This document shows positions 1-11,267 of a stretch of 64,000 bases of DNA, piece by piece. Where the stretch lies: positions 5,022,001-5,086,000 of the forward strand of contig CM060733.1 of the NCBI GenBank assembly GCA_030704615.1, in the 5' to 3' direction. Position 1 is the first letter of the stretch. Every line of letters starts with the position of its first letter. This stretch comes from Takakia lepidozioides. Lineage: Eukaryota > Plantae > Bryophyta. Below the pieces are notes generated by a model. The model was not told the origin of the DNA and searched no databases. It saw only the letters and a list, made by a program, of their open reading frames with translations. The translations under genes were made by a program, and so were the position numbers.

Positions 1-385
1 ATCGCATAAGGTTGTCTGTATATAATCTCAACAGATTTGTCACTGGCATGGACCAATTTCGTGCTCTTTCAGTTCTGCACTCTCTTAGGCAATGTGTGAT
101 GGCTGAAGTCGCATCTTTACATGATTTGAGAAGATGCAGACCAATCTCCGGCCTGCATCTTCTGAAATCAACATATCTGGTGCTTATTAGGCTTGGCAAC
201 ACTTTGGCAACACTCCCTATTAGCTGGTGTGCTGAGGCCCTCTTGCAGTCGTTAGCAGCTGCATTGAGCAGTCGAAGTATTTCCTTAGGGCAATCATGTT
301 GTATTACTCATATTTGGGCAAGAAAGTTATTGGAAGTTGAGAAAAAATTGTCCATTGGTGGCTGGCAGAGAGATTGCAGTTGACA

Positions 386-3300
386 ATGCTGCCCTTCAAT
401 AAGAAGCGAGTGTCCGCCACAAGCAATGCCAAAAGCAGCCAAGATGTGTTGCTTCCAGAATGTTTAGATGCAGCTCCGGTCCAAGAGTTGAATTTGGAAT
501 GCACATCAGGCGAAATTACTGAGCTGACAAAGCAGGTATGTGCATTAGTTTTTCCAACATCCTTATGAATTTAGTGGAAACAAACTCAGGCTTAGGGTTG
601 CTCTGTTCACTCCACGATGAAATTGCAGAAAAGGCATGTGCACTCCTGGAAATGCTGCAACATCTTCATTGAAAGGTATGTGAACTTATGGCTGATGTAC
701 ACATGCTGTGATTTAATGGCTGGTGTCCAATGCAAATGCGTTGAGAGTATGTGTATGTGGGAGCTCAAACTTTGCACCATTTTCTTCTTACTGCTGACAA
801 GTTGCTTGTGGCCGGTTCAGGTTTTTGTTGAGGGTACTTTAGATCTTTGCAAGTAGTCTTTCTAATAAGGCTGGTGATGTGCTGCTTGTTCTCTTCATTT
901 TCAATCAATGCACCGTTGTCACTTGAAGACAGTCATTCTAAGCCAACACAGAAGGTCTCTGAAGCAGGTTGAGGCATATACAGGCCAAGTAAAAGATTTG
1001 AAGGGAAGGCTGAGCCGGTTGCAAGACCAGCTCCTCAACGAGAAGATGCATCGATCTGCTATGGAGGAACGTGCAGACACAGCCAAGAAGCATGCTGAGG
1101 GGTTGGAACATCATGCCCGGAATGCTGAAGAGCGAGTCAAAGTTGCACAACACACAGTGGAGACCACCAAGAAGCATGCTGAGGGGTTGGAACATCGTGC
1201 CCAGAATGCTGAAGAGCGAGTCAAAGTTGCACAACACACTGTGGAGACCACCAAGAATCGAACAAGGGATCTAGGAATCTTGTGTGCCTACCAGTCAGTA
1301 AAAGTGGGAGAGTTGGCCAACATGATCAACCTCTTTTTGAAGAAATTAGAGGAGCAGCGCAAAAGTCCTGGTAAACCTGCATCAGAAGTCTGCCAACATC
1401 CACTCCACAACTTGACACATCCCCAAGTTACAACTAATTGTGATGCTGTTAGTGGTGCTGCAACCTTTCAGAGTGCAACTAGCACTCAAGGGGCTGTTCA
1501 ACAGAGTAAAGGAAGCCCCGGTGTCTGTGGAGGTGTCACTCCTCAAAGTGTAAGCAAACCTGAAAGACAGCAAGCACGCATTCGATCCATCTCAACGCAG
1601 GCGGATTTTCCTCCTGGTCCAGTTGGTGATGTAAACCAAGGTCATGTTCGACCTGTCTTGACGCAGGGTGTTATACCCGCTGGTCCAGATAGCTTCTATA
1701 GTCCCAGTGAGGACAAGAGTGGTTCTCCTCCAGGAGGGATGAATTCTCATGATCCTAAGCAAATCAGTTCCCCCAAGAGTAGCCACCAGTCCTCCGGTGC
1801 TCCATCTAGACCTGCCGCCCTGAAAGGCAGTAGCAATAAAATTGTTCATGATCTTCTGAAAGGAATCAACTCCCCAAGGAGTCCCAGTTTGCAATCCCCT
1901 CATGCTCCATGTGGTGGACCTGCTGCCTTGAAAGACTGGGGCTGGAAAACTGCTCTTGATCTTCTGGGGATCAGCTCTCCCAGAAACAGTCCCAATTCCC
2001 AGTCCCCTCATAGACCTGCTGCCCTGAAACAGAGGTGCGGGAAAATTGCTGTCGATTGTCCAAAGGGAATCAGCTCCGCCAGGAGCAGTCCCAGTTGCCA
2101 ATCCCCCGGTGGTCCATTTAGACCTGCCATCCAGGAAGACAAGAGCGGGAAAATTGCTGGTATCAGCTCCCCCAGAAGCACTCCCTGTCTCCTATCCCCT
2201 CGTCCTCCATCTGGACCTACTTCCCAGAAAGATAGGGGCAGGAAAATTGCTCGCGATCCTCCAAAGGTAATAAGCTCGCCCAGACGCAGTCCAAGTCCCC
2301 AATCCCATCAGACTCCATCTAGAGCTTCCTCTACAGTTCCTGCCCTGTCTTTGCCAATCAAAAGTATACTTCGTAGCTCTCCCAGATCCACCTCTCGCTC
2401 ACCTCAGAGCAGATCAAGATCCCAATCCAAAATGTCATTTCATAGTCTTATAGGCACTCCCAAATCTAGATCACCCTCTCCTCAAAGCATTGAAGGTGAG
2501 TCTGTGTCAGGTGGAAGAAAAAGTGGTGCTCATCGACCCACCAGGGGCAGAAGTCGGACTAGGTCTTCTTCCCCTGAAGTGAGGGGCAGAAACAATCGTC
2601 AAACCCCCTCTCATCAAGGCAGGGGTCATGAAATTGTCTTGTATCAATGTTCAAGGGATTCTCCAAAGTCTCCATTGAGATCTCTGTCTCCTGAAGGCAC
2701 AGGTGCTGAACTTGTGTTGTATAAAAGTAAAGTAATAGTTGACTCTCCCATATCTAGTCCTCCCACTCCGTCCCAATCTCCAAGTTCTCAAGTTGCAGGT
2801 CATGAACTCGTAGTGTATGGTCTGAAACCTGTCAAGGGTCTTCCCTCTGGAACATCCTCCCCTCAAGGCAAGGATGGTTCACCAAGCAGTGTGGCCATTT
2901 TGCCTCGATTTGAAAATGAGTTGCAGATGGTCTTGTATCCTTGCTCAGATCAAATTGAACACCCACCAAGAGGTCTTGTTTCTCAACTTGAGAATGTTTC
3001 TGCTGGGGACGGGAACTGTTCAGACTCCAAGCGCATGAGAGTTTCCTCTCCAAGTAGTCCTGGTTCTCAAGCAGCTGAAATCAATATGCTCTTGGCAGAA
3101 AGTCTTTCACATTGGAATAAAACCATTCCACAGCCCAATGCTTCTGCTCTAGAGGTTGCTAGTGCAGTTTCTCGAATTAGAGGAGGTGGTCTTTGGGAAA
3201 ACGTGAAAGACGGCCATGGTGGTGCAAACGCACCAGTTTCAGTAAAGCTGAGATTGAATCCTGTACAGGAGACATTTTTCCAGGAGGTTGAAGGCAAATC

Positions 3301-3835
3301 GGTATTAGAACTGCGGGCGGAGGAACTGAGTAGGAGTTGCACACACCAGGCTAGAAAATTGGCAGAGGTAGCACACCAGTTGAAAATGTTTCCGGTTAGG
3401 CTGGAAGAGCAGCTTAGGCGCTGGGCCGCACTGGAAGCCAAGCACAAATATGAGGATACTCCGCAAGCGAAGGCTCTGGAACAGGTATGTGAGGATGGGG
3501 AAGTTATTTCACCAAGGTCAGGTGATGAGGATACAGATACTACGAGGTCAGTTGGGCAAAGTTCTCCTGCAAAGTACATACTTGCACTTGCAGATCAGCA
3601 CAAGTTTGCCAAAGGATTGAAAGCTGTTACAGATGCAAAGTCAACATTTTTAAGGATGAGGCTTAAAAAGCTAGAGTCGACGTGCAAGTCAATGGGTGAA
3701 ATGGAACATCCACTGGAAGATGAGGTAGCAGTCTGGAGGTTCGGTTCAAGAGTGTTAGTGCAGGCTATCTTGTTTTGCGTTGGCATCAGTAGCTTTCTGG
3801 TCAGATTGACCCCCTTTGTAGCACCTCCAACTTGA
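386..3835 (+). CDS. Coiled-coil, Ser/Pro-rich, C-terminally anchored protein with a plant KASH-like tail (~1005 aa); exons 386-535 and 968-3835
   Basis: Donor CAG|GTATG at 535/536 and acceptor AAGCAG|GTT at 967/968 give a phase-0 join ELTKQ|VEAY, followed by a long open frame. N- and C-terminal heptad regions. Hydrophobic segment VLVQAILFCVGISSFLV followed by RLTPFVAPPT-stop. Start codon is uncertain. Confidence 0.75.
1084..1255 (+). repeat. 84-bp (28-aa, 4-heptad) tandem duplication in the coiled coil
   Basis: KKHAEGLEHxAxNAEERVKVAQHTVETT occurs twice, nearly identical at DNA level. Confidence 0.9.
1760..2340 (+). repeat. Degenerate ~35-39 aa Ser/Pro-rich coding repeats (about 5-6 copies)
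   Basis: Recurrent ISSPRxSPxxQSPxxPxxPAALKxxxGKIAxDxxKG pattern in the translation. Confidence 0.75.
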
Positions 3836-6800
3836 TCCTTTACTGTGGCTGGCTCTTCTTTCAAGGTTGTCAGCTCCTGTTGTTTGACTGCACATTAAAA
3901 GGCTGCTCTGGTTACTAAGAGGCTGTGAAAAGTGGATCCCCCTCATAGTCTCTATGTATCAGTCTTGTAGGAGTGAACTTTGACCGAAATCGGTTGACCA
4001 CCGAAGGTTAAGCTCATGAGAGTCTAGCAGTTGATGCCATATGATCACAGTTTTGTTTCTATGATTTGTTAAACGTGTGGACATAGGTAATGAGATCTCA
4101 TCTGTCTGCCTGTCTCCATGTATACGTAGTAATTTTGTGTCAAGTGCAGTGCAATTGAGAGTAATGCGCTTAAAACCTACGAGTAGTGTGCTTCTGTATT
4201 CCTGAAGACATTGGTGATGGACATATGGATGACTCGTTAAGGTCTCACTTTATCCTATTATCTCCTCGTGGACTAGCAGGAAGGTGCTAGTCCTTCAGCA
4301 AGAATCACACCAATTACACATTTATTAACCGCGTCCATATTTTGGGATGTGTGAATGAGAGTTGAACACTTGCCCTCGGCACCATAAGCTGAGACCTGTG
4401 CGGATCCTGTTGCAGTACTACTGCTCATCTTGAGAGTGGCTAATGAAACAGCTGCATAGCATGGATTGAGCACACTTGAGTGCAGGGTCTAGAGAATGTA
4501 CTCATAAGACGTTGTTTGCCGTAGCCTTGTGGCCATTGACCCCGTGCCCAGTTTGAGTGGAACACAAAGGGTCAGAACCTACCTCTGTCAGGGGCTGATG
4601 TCGGTAGTAAGACTTACCTTGAAATAAACAACTGATCCGGGTTTTCCAGATATCCTCTAGAAATCCCTTCACACAAGCATCAATCTGCTGTGTGTGGTTT
4701 GCCCAATAACTAGGCCCCAAAAGGGCCTGGGCTTTTGGCTCAGCCTTGAGACTTTCAAAGTTGGTAAACAGAGGTACAGGCACAATTCCCTTGATAGATT
4801 TGAGGAGAGTGTCTCTCTGGTGAGAGAACCCCGGACAGTGAGTCAGAAAATGAATATTGTCTTCAGGTTGCCCACACAACAGGCAATTGGACTCTCCCTT
4901 TCCTCTCTGCTTCTGTTTGCTGTTCAAAGGTAGGCTTCCCGCCCCGAGTTTAAATTTCAGTCTAGTGCTGAGAGTGGGTAGACCCTTGAGGTCATCCATG
5001 ATGTCCTCCCCCATGTCACAGACTGGAACAAGTTCAGGGAAGTTTTCTGCCTAACTTCATTTTCATCAGACAATTTCCTGGCAACAGTCATGGCTTTGGA
5101 CACTAATGCCTCTAAGTCAGATTTATCCAGCAGGGTCAAGACTCGCGGATTAAGATTCAGATCTTTGAGATCTCTTCTACTCTCTTCTGCCAGGACTTAG
5201 CCTGTTTGACAGGGCGGTCCTGTTTCCAAGATATAGAGTCGATCAACTTAGGATATCTGGTGTTGGACATATGTTGCAGCTGACCCCACCATCTAACCTT
5301 GAATTCATCTCGTCGGGAGCTTAAGGACCGGATGCCAAACTCACCCCGAACAGCCACATTGGCTGTTTTGGAGCAATGCTGACATGCACTCCTTAAGCAC
5401 TCCCACTTGAATGGATTCTAAGGACTTAGCCTGGTTGGAGTTATCAACCCATATTGCAGATCCGTACTCCAAGGCAGGTCTAATAACGCGACAAAGCATG
5501 GTTTTCTTAACCTCAGAGTTGACCCCTCTGCAGTGGAAAAATTTAGTGAGACCCAGCGCTTTGCCCTTGCCAGTTTGAACAACTTTCCGAATATGTGCAT
5601 CCCAATTACAGTTGGAGGAAAACTGAACGCCCAGGTAAGTGTAGGAAGGGAGGACCGGAATCTCTTGGCTACCCCACTGCCACTTGAGATCCTCCCTCTC
5701 CTCTGTGGTTGAATGCCACCACTGCACATTTACTGACGTTAGCCTCTAGCCCTCAAAGATCAAAGTATCTCTTCGCGCAATCAATCAACTCCTGGAGGTT
5801 GGAAGGAGTCTCCCCTATGCCTGCGAAGTCATCCGCAAACATAAGGGCTGGTATGGTGGTATCAACCACCCTTAACCCAAATCCCTCACTTTCCTCATCC
5901 TCGAGGAGTTGATTGATGAAAACATTGAAGAGCAGAGGGGAGAGAGTACATCCTTGAGCTACACCTTGGTCTATGTCAAAGAAGTTGGACTTCTGTCCAT
6001 TAACAGTGACACAGCTTTTGGTGTGAGCATACAAGTTATGGACAACTCTCCACACCTTTCCCTTGATCCCACAAGACCAGAGGCGGAGCCATAGACCATC
6101 TCTCCACACTGTGTCATAAGCTTTTTTGACATCCAAGAAAAAAACATAAGTGGGTTTCCCTTCTTTTTCCTTCCCTGGATAATCTGGCTTAGAGTGAAGA
6201 TATGGTCCACACAGCCCCTGTTTCGCCGAAAGCCAGCTTGGCCTTCATGGAAACAACCTCTAGATTCCAGATCAACCTCGAGACGAGTACTTATAACTCT
6301 GCAAAATATCTTGCCAACAGCATTGAGGAGCGTGATGCCACGGTAGTTCCCCGGTTCTTCTCTGTCACCCTTCTTGTATAGATTGACAATGACCCCCTTT
6401 CGCCAGCGAAAGGGGATCATTTCAGTCTTCCAGATAAGGTTAAAGAGGAGGAAGGGCCTCTTACATGGGGTCGCCACCGTGCTTGATAAGCTCGTTGACT
6501 ATGCCATCAGGTCCACCTGCTTTATATCCATTTAAATGTTCAATTGCTTCCACAATCTCAGAAGAACTAATGGGAGCGTTGTACGCCTTTGAAATATACT
6601 CCAGTTCATCAGGGCTGTTTTGAATCATAGGAACCAACTGTGTCCTTCCATTCATCAGAGGATCCCTCACTGTTAGACCTAGAAGTTCTGCCAAGGATAC
6701 TGTAGTGGGTTTCAAAGGTTTTGACAATGTCAACCGATAAAGTCACCACTGCACCCTTAGTAGTCTTCAGCGCTTGTACTTGCTGACAGCTTTTTGGCTT

Positions 6801-6953
6801 GTACAAATGTTGAAGGGCCAACCAGAATCTCGTCATTACTACCATGGTGGTTTGAGTTTATTTCACTGTATAACTTGACCCAGTATAATTTCTTCTGAGA
6901 CCTTACAAGCTGATTGATATCTTTACGGATCTGGTAGTACCTCGCCCACAATT

Positions 6954-7063
6954 TTTTTTTAAATAATAATAAAGGGGATGAAGCCCATTTATTTTATTCA
7001 ACGTGGGGAAAAAATAAACCCTTGTGGGGCCATGAAGCATGCACACCAGACGGTGAGGGACGA
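6954..7063 (-). mobile_element. 110-bp poly(A)-tailed retro-insertion (5'-truncated L1 or SINE) nested in the RTE-like LINE
   Basis: TSD CCACAATT at 6946-6953 and 7064-7071; T-run at the left end; removing it restores the reading ...KTNKELWARYYQ. Confidence 0.75.
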
Positions 7064-8260
7064 CCACAATTCTTTGTTGGTTTTCAAATTGCAGCACTCT
7101 TTATAGAGGACTCGTCTCTCAGCTATCTTGAGTTTAATCTCATTGCTCCAACAGCTCTACTGCAGACAATTAGTTTCCTCCCAATGATCTTGTCAGCCAC
7201 AGAGGAGACGATACTTCCCAAGAATCCACTGCTCTTTCGACTTCATTTCTTGCATTGTTAGAGCGAGACTGAAGGTCTTGGAGGGAGTGGACAAAATGAG
7301 GGAGAGCCACAAGGCCTGGACATACTCAGCCTTGACCTCTTCATTATGGAATTTTTCTATGCGCCACTTCCGAATCGAACGTTTCACAGATCTCTTGGTG
7401 TTGGGAAAACACCTTTTGATCTCAGTCCAAACCAGGAAGTGGTTAGAGGTACCAATATCAGTTCTGTCGATCAACACATTGGCACTCTGGGGAAACAAAT
7501 TTTTGTGTGTTATGATATAATCCACAATGGTACGTTCCCCAGTTTGGGTTTTCTCACGAGTCTACTGCACTTGGTCACCTTTTGTCCTATTATTCAAGGT
7601 CAAAAGCTGAAGCTCTTCCAGACAGTTAATTAATCGTCTACCATTAGAATTCAGCTCGTCCTCACCAAAAGGCCCAATGATATCATCCTGATGGAGACCT
7701 TTGCCCACCCGGGCATTGAAGTCACCCAATAAAACCACCTGACCTTTGGCAAGGAATGAAGCACAGTCCAGCTTTACATCTTCGAAGGCTTTGTCAGCGT
7801 CAGCACTAAGGGTCCCTCTGTGGGCATGTAAACACAACCCACAAAGAGGTCCTTCGTACTCACGCCGCCCTTCAGTTTCAGTTTTAGCCTGATACTGTGC
7901 TCATACCTCAAACCCTTGTTGATAATTTCACAATTGTCAAACAAGAGATCACGGACAAAGAATCCAACCCCTTTTTGACCGTGTTTGGCAGAGGCTGCCT
8001 TGAGAGTACACATCTTACCCATCCATTTATAACCATTGACATCTCCAACCAATTATCCGGTGTTTCCCATGTCTCTTGCCCAGCACAGATGTGAATGTCA
8101 TTAGCCCGAAGAACTTGTCCCACTTCGAGTTGTTTCCTTTGGTTAGTCAGCCCTGAGAAGTTGAAAGTTCCAGCCGCAAGCCAGCCCTTTGCATGTGAAT
8201 TGTTTGTCGTCTAGGTAGCTTATGATTGCTCCTGGATGGCCAACCGTTCTGCAAAGGGGG

Positions 8261-8543
8261 GACAGTTACCCCGTGTGTAGATTTTGCTGGTCTTGTGTAA
8301 ACTTTGAGGATTGGTAAACCATTCAGAGTACCAAATCCTTCAGTTACACAACGTTCAGGCTCCGCACACTTAGGGACAGATTGTCCGTCTGATTGCTTGG
8401 GGACAATTACCCCGTGTATAGATTTTTGCTGGTCTTGTGTAAACTTTGAGCATTCGTAAACCATTCAGAGTACCAAATCCTTCAGATACACGACGTTCAG
8501 GTTCTGTATACTTAGGGGCAGATTGCTCGTCTGGCTGCTTGGG
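8261..8543. repeat. ~141-bp tandem duplication in the 5' part of the LINE
   Basis: Two diverged copies starting GACAGTTACCCCGTG (8261) and GACAATTACCCCGTG (8402). Confidence 0.85.
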
Positions 8544-10027
8544 TTCAACCTCATCCAGAGCATCAAACCGATTAGAAACTCTCAAGTTGAAGTCCCTGCC
8601 CTTGGTTGTCTTCCTAGAGCGCCCCATTGAATCACCAATGTCTAAGACCGCTCTCCAGCCAGTCAAGGGACGAAATTCTTTGAGATTGAATTGATGTGAG
8701 ATTCTATTTTAAGCATTTTTGGGCATTGCAACCTTCAAAGTACCCCTGTTATCAAGTCTCGAGATGGAACCATTAGCCATGAAATCCAAGCCTAAGCTAG
8801 AGCATGTAGTTTTAAAGGACACATCGTCCATCCTGGGATTCACCCCAAAAACTACACATGAAGCCCTAGATTTGGCATAAGTAACCAATTCCCAGGAATC
8901 ACCCTGGGGAGTGTTGTTGTTGATAAGAGGTAAAGTATTGATTGATTTCGCAGGCTATAAGTTTAAGCACAAGGACCAACCCTAGCCCAAGTGCTGAGTA
9001 TGCTAGACAGAGCATACGACTGCCCAATTTGGGCGGAGGGGCTGCCCCCAGGCGGTAGGGTTCCGCTTCTTACCATTCAGAGATCACCACTCCAAAGGAG
9101 CTGCAGGGAGTGGCCCGTGTAGGTCTAAAGAGGGAAAGGCCCCAAACTTTCCAACTAAATCCAATGCACTACCTTACCTGGAGCAAAGCGCTTCAGGTGA
9201 AAACAAACAAAGACACGAGGTCACAAGGTCTAGAGAATGGAAGATGAAGTCCCACACCCACCCAAGGCCATGCAGCCATACACACCTTGATCTAAGTAGG
9301 TGAAGAAATAAAATCTTGGTCCATCACCTTGGATGGTCAAGAGCTTACTCTAAAGTGTATGGATATAGTGTTCCATGCCAAGTTTTATGTATGCATGCAG
9401 AGGTCTGTGATCAAAACTCTTTGAGCTGATAAATCAGCAATCTTTTCTTTCAAGTTAGATGGGCTTTTAAGTGCTTGCTTGTCATGTACTTGTTATTGCG
9501 TGCTTGCGAACATGCAGGAGTGCCAGTCTTGGGATAATTATTTGCCTGAACAACAAAGAAGAGTTTCTCTACAGTATTGAGATACTCTTGCGCCTAAACA
9601 GTACCAAATCTCAGTTTTAGATTAAGTCCTTATCATTCATTCCGAGCTTATTTTGGTTCCAGTCTGACAAGTAACATTGCAGAGTAATATCAGTTTCATG
9701 GGAATGGAGTGACACTGCACAGCTGCTGATGAGAAGGCCACCCCAAGGGCGAATGCGACTCACTCGTTGGGAGGTGGGTGTTCGATTCATGCGAATTCAC
9801 TGAAAGTACTTGAAAAAACAATGATCAGCATATCCTTTCTACATGTTACAAAGGATTTCAACCCATGACCCTCTGGGGGAGTAGCAACCCAGTCGCTCCT
9901 GTATCAATGACATTGACCTTGGGGTTTGCGCACAATGATGAATTGGAAGTTGGAAAAATACCAGAAAAGAGTTTGTTTTGATGCATGTGGCAAAAGCTAG
10001 GCTTAACACTACTCTTGGATACCTGGT

Positions 10028-11267
10028 TTAAGTGGGAAGAAGGGTGCTGACAATCTCCGGATCCCTACCAAAAACAACACACACTGCAAGGCATATCAAT
10101 GCAGCTTGGACCACTGTAAGAAGCCCGTATCTCCACGCCGATTCTCGATGCTGACAAACCTTTTGAAAAGTCTTAACTGAGTCACACATCACCTCTAGCT
10201 GTTTCACCTGCATCCCCCCGAGTGTTTAGATGACATTTTCATTCCCCTTTCTTGCCAATGCCTTGACACTTATAAGAGGTTCTTATATGGCAAGAGGTAG
10301 AGAAGAGAGACTGATAGTGAAAGGCAACATTGAATACTCAAATGGACTCCTTCCTCAGATTGGGGTTCTTATTTATGAGTTGGAGAGAAAATTCTCCATA
10401 CATGGTGACGGACCTGCGCCTTCAAGGATTCAATGCGGCCTTCAGCCACGCCGCGCCAGCGCTTGGCCTCACGTAGCTGGCTGACAAGCTGATACTCTTG
10501 GGGGTCCAGCATCCCGCTCATTGTACCTTTCTCTCTATTACTCCCTTGTGTGTATCCCTGTGCGACTGTCTCACTTAAGACAGCCAGGCGTGCACCAAAC
10601 TTGGCCCGCTCCTGCTGCTCTCCGTCCAGTTTTGCCCGCAGCTCCGCTCTGTGCCTATGCTCGTGAAGAGACAATGCAGAATCATACAAAGTACGAGCAT
10701 CAATGTTATGGGAAAGGTATGTACACTCCATTGAAGCTTTCCAAACGTGACATGTATAGAAGCGCATGGGCAACCAGTTAGTACCTTTGTGCTTCTATCA
10801 ACTCGTGTGACAAGTTCTCCCGCAAATCGTGTGCTTGTTGCTCTGCACATATCCGTCTGTCCTCCTCGAGCTGCAAACTTTGTTGCATGGAGTCCAGCCG
10901 CTCCCTCAACTCCATCACTTGGTTGGCATACAGGTCCACCTGCATCCGTGCCGAAGCTGCAGCCAGTGAGTATGCAGCAAACCCGAGTATGAGTACAGGG
11001 CTCCTAGCCAAAACATAGCCTCCACTTCACTCTATACTATCGTCTCTATCTCAAAATTAGAGTGGAAAGAACACTAACTTGCTTGATTAGCTCATCCGGT
11101 GTCCGCATACTAGGAGTGTCTGGAGATCTTGGTTGCTTGTCCTTCTGTGCCCAGTGTGCCCGACCAGTTGGCCCCTGCCTTATCGTGTTGTTCTGGAAGT
11201 TGTTTTCTGGGAAGCCTAAGCTATTAACCTTAAATCCCACCTCCGATACCAGACTTTGCACTCCCAT
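10028..11267 (-). CDS. Short coiled-coil tail-anchored protein with a plant KASH-like tail (~254 aa), paralog of 386-3835; exons 11267-11079, 10939-10785, 10654-10414, 10207-10028
   Basis: Three GT-AG introns with phases 0/2/0 join the ORF pieces in frame (765 nt total). ELIKQ|VDLY matches ELTKQ|VEAY of the first gene. C-terminus WRYGLLTVVQAALICLAVCVVFG-RDPEIVSTLLPT-stop. Confidence 0.75.

Larger units (their letters stand above)
4499..9226 (-). mobile_element. Degenerate APE-RT non-LTR retrotransposon (RTE/RTEX-like LINE), near full length
   Basis: APE motifs (AGQETW, VLLGDFNARVG, DYII..SNHFLVW). RT motifs (PGNYRGITLL, EGQAGFR, DVKKAYDTVWR, GVAQGCTLSPLLF, MFADD, YTYLGV). C-terminal CLLC..HFLTHC. 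13-bp direct repeat GGTCTAGAGAATG at 4486-4498 and 9227-9239. Several frameshifts. Confidence 0.9.

Noticed and set aside
938-3946. Antisense and alternative-frame ORFs over the long gene (likewise over the GT4 and HAK genes)
   Set aside because: Shadow ORFs of real coding sequence
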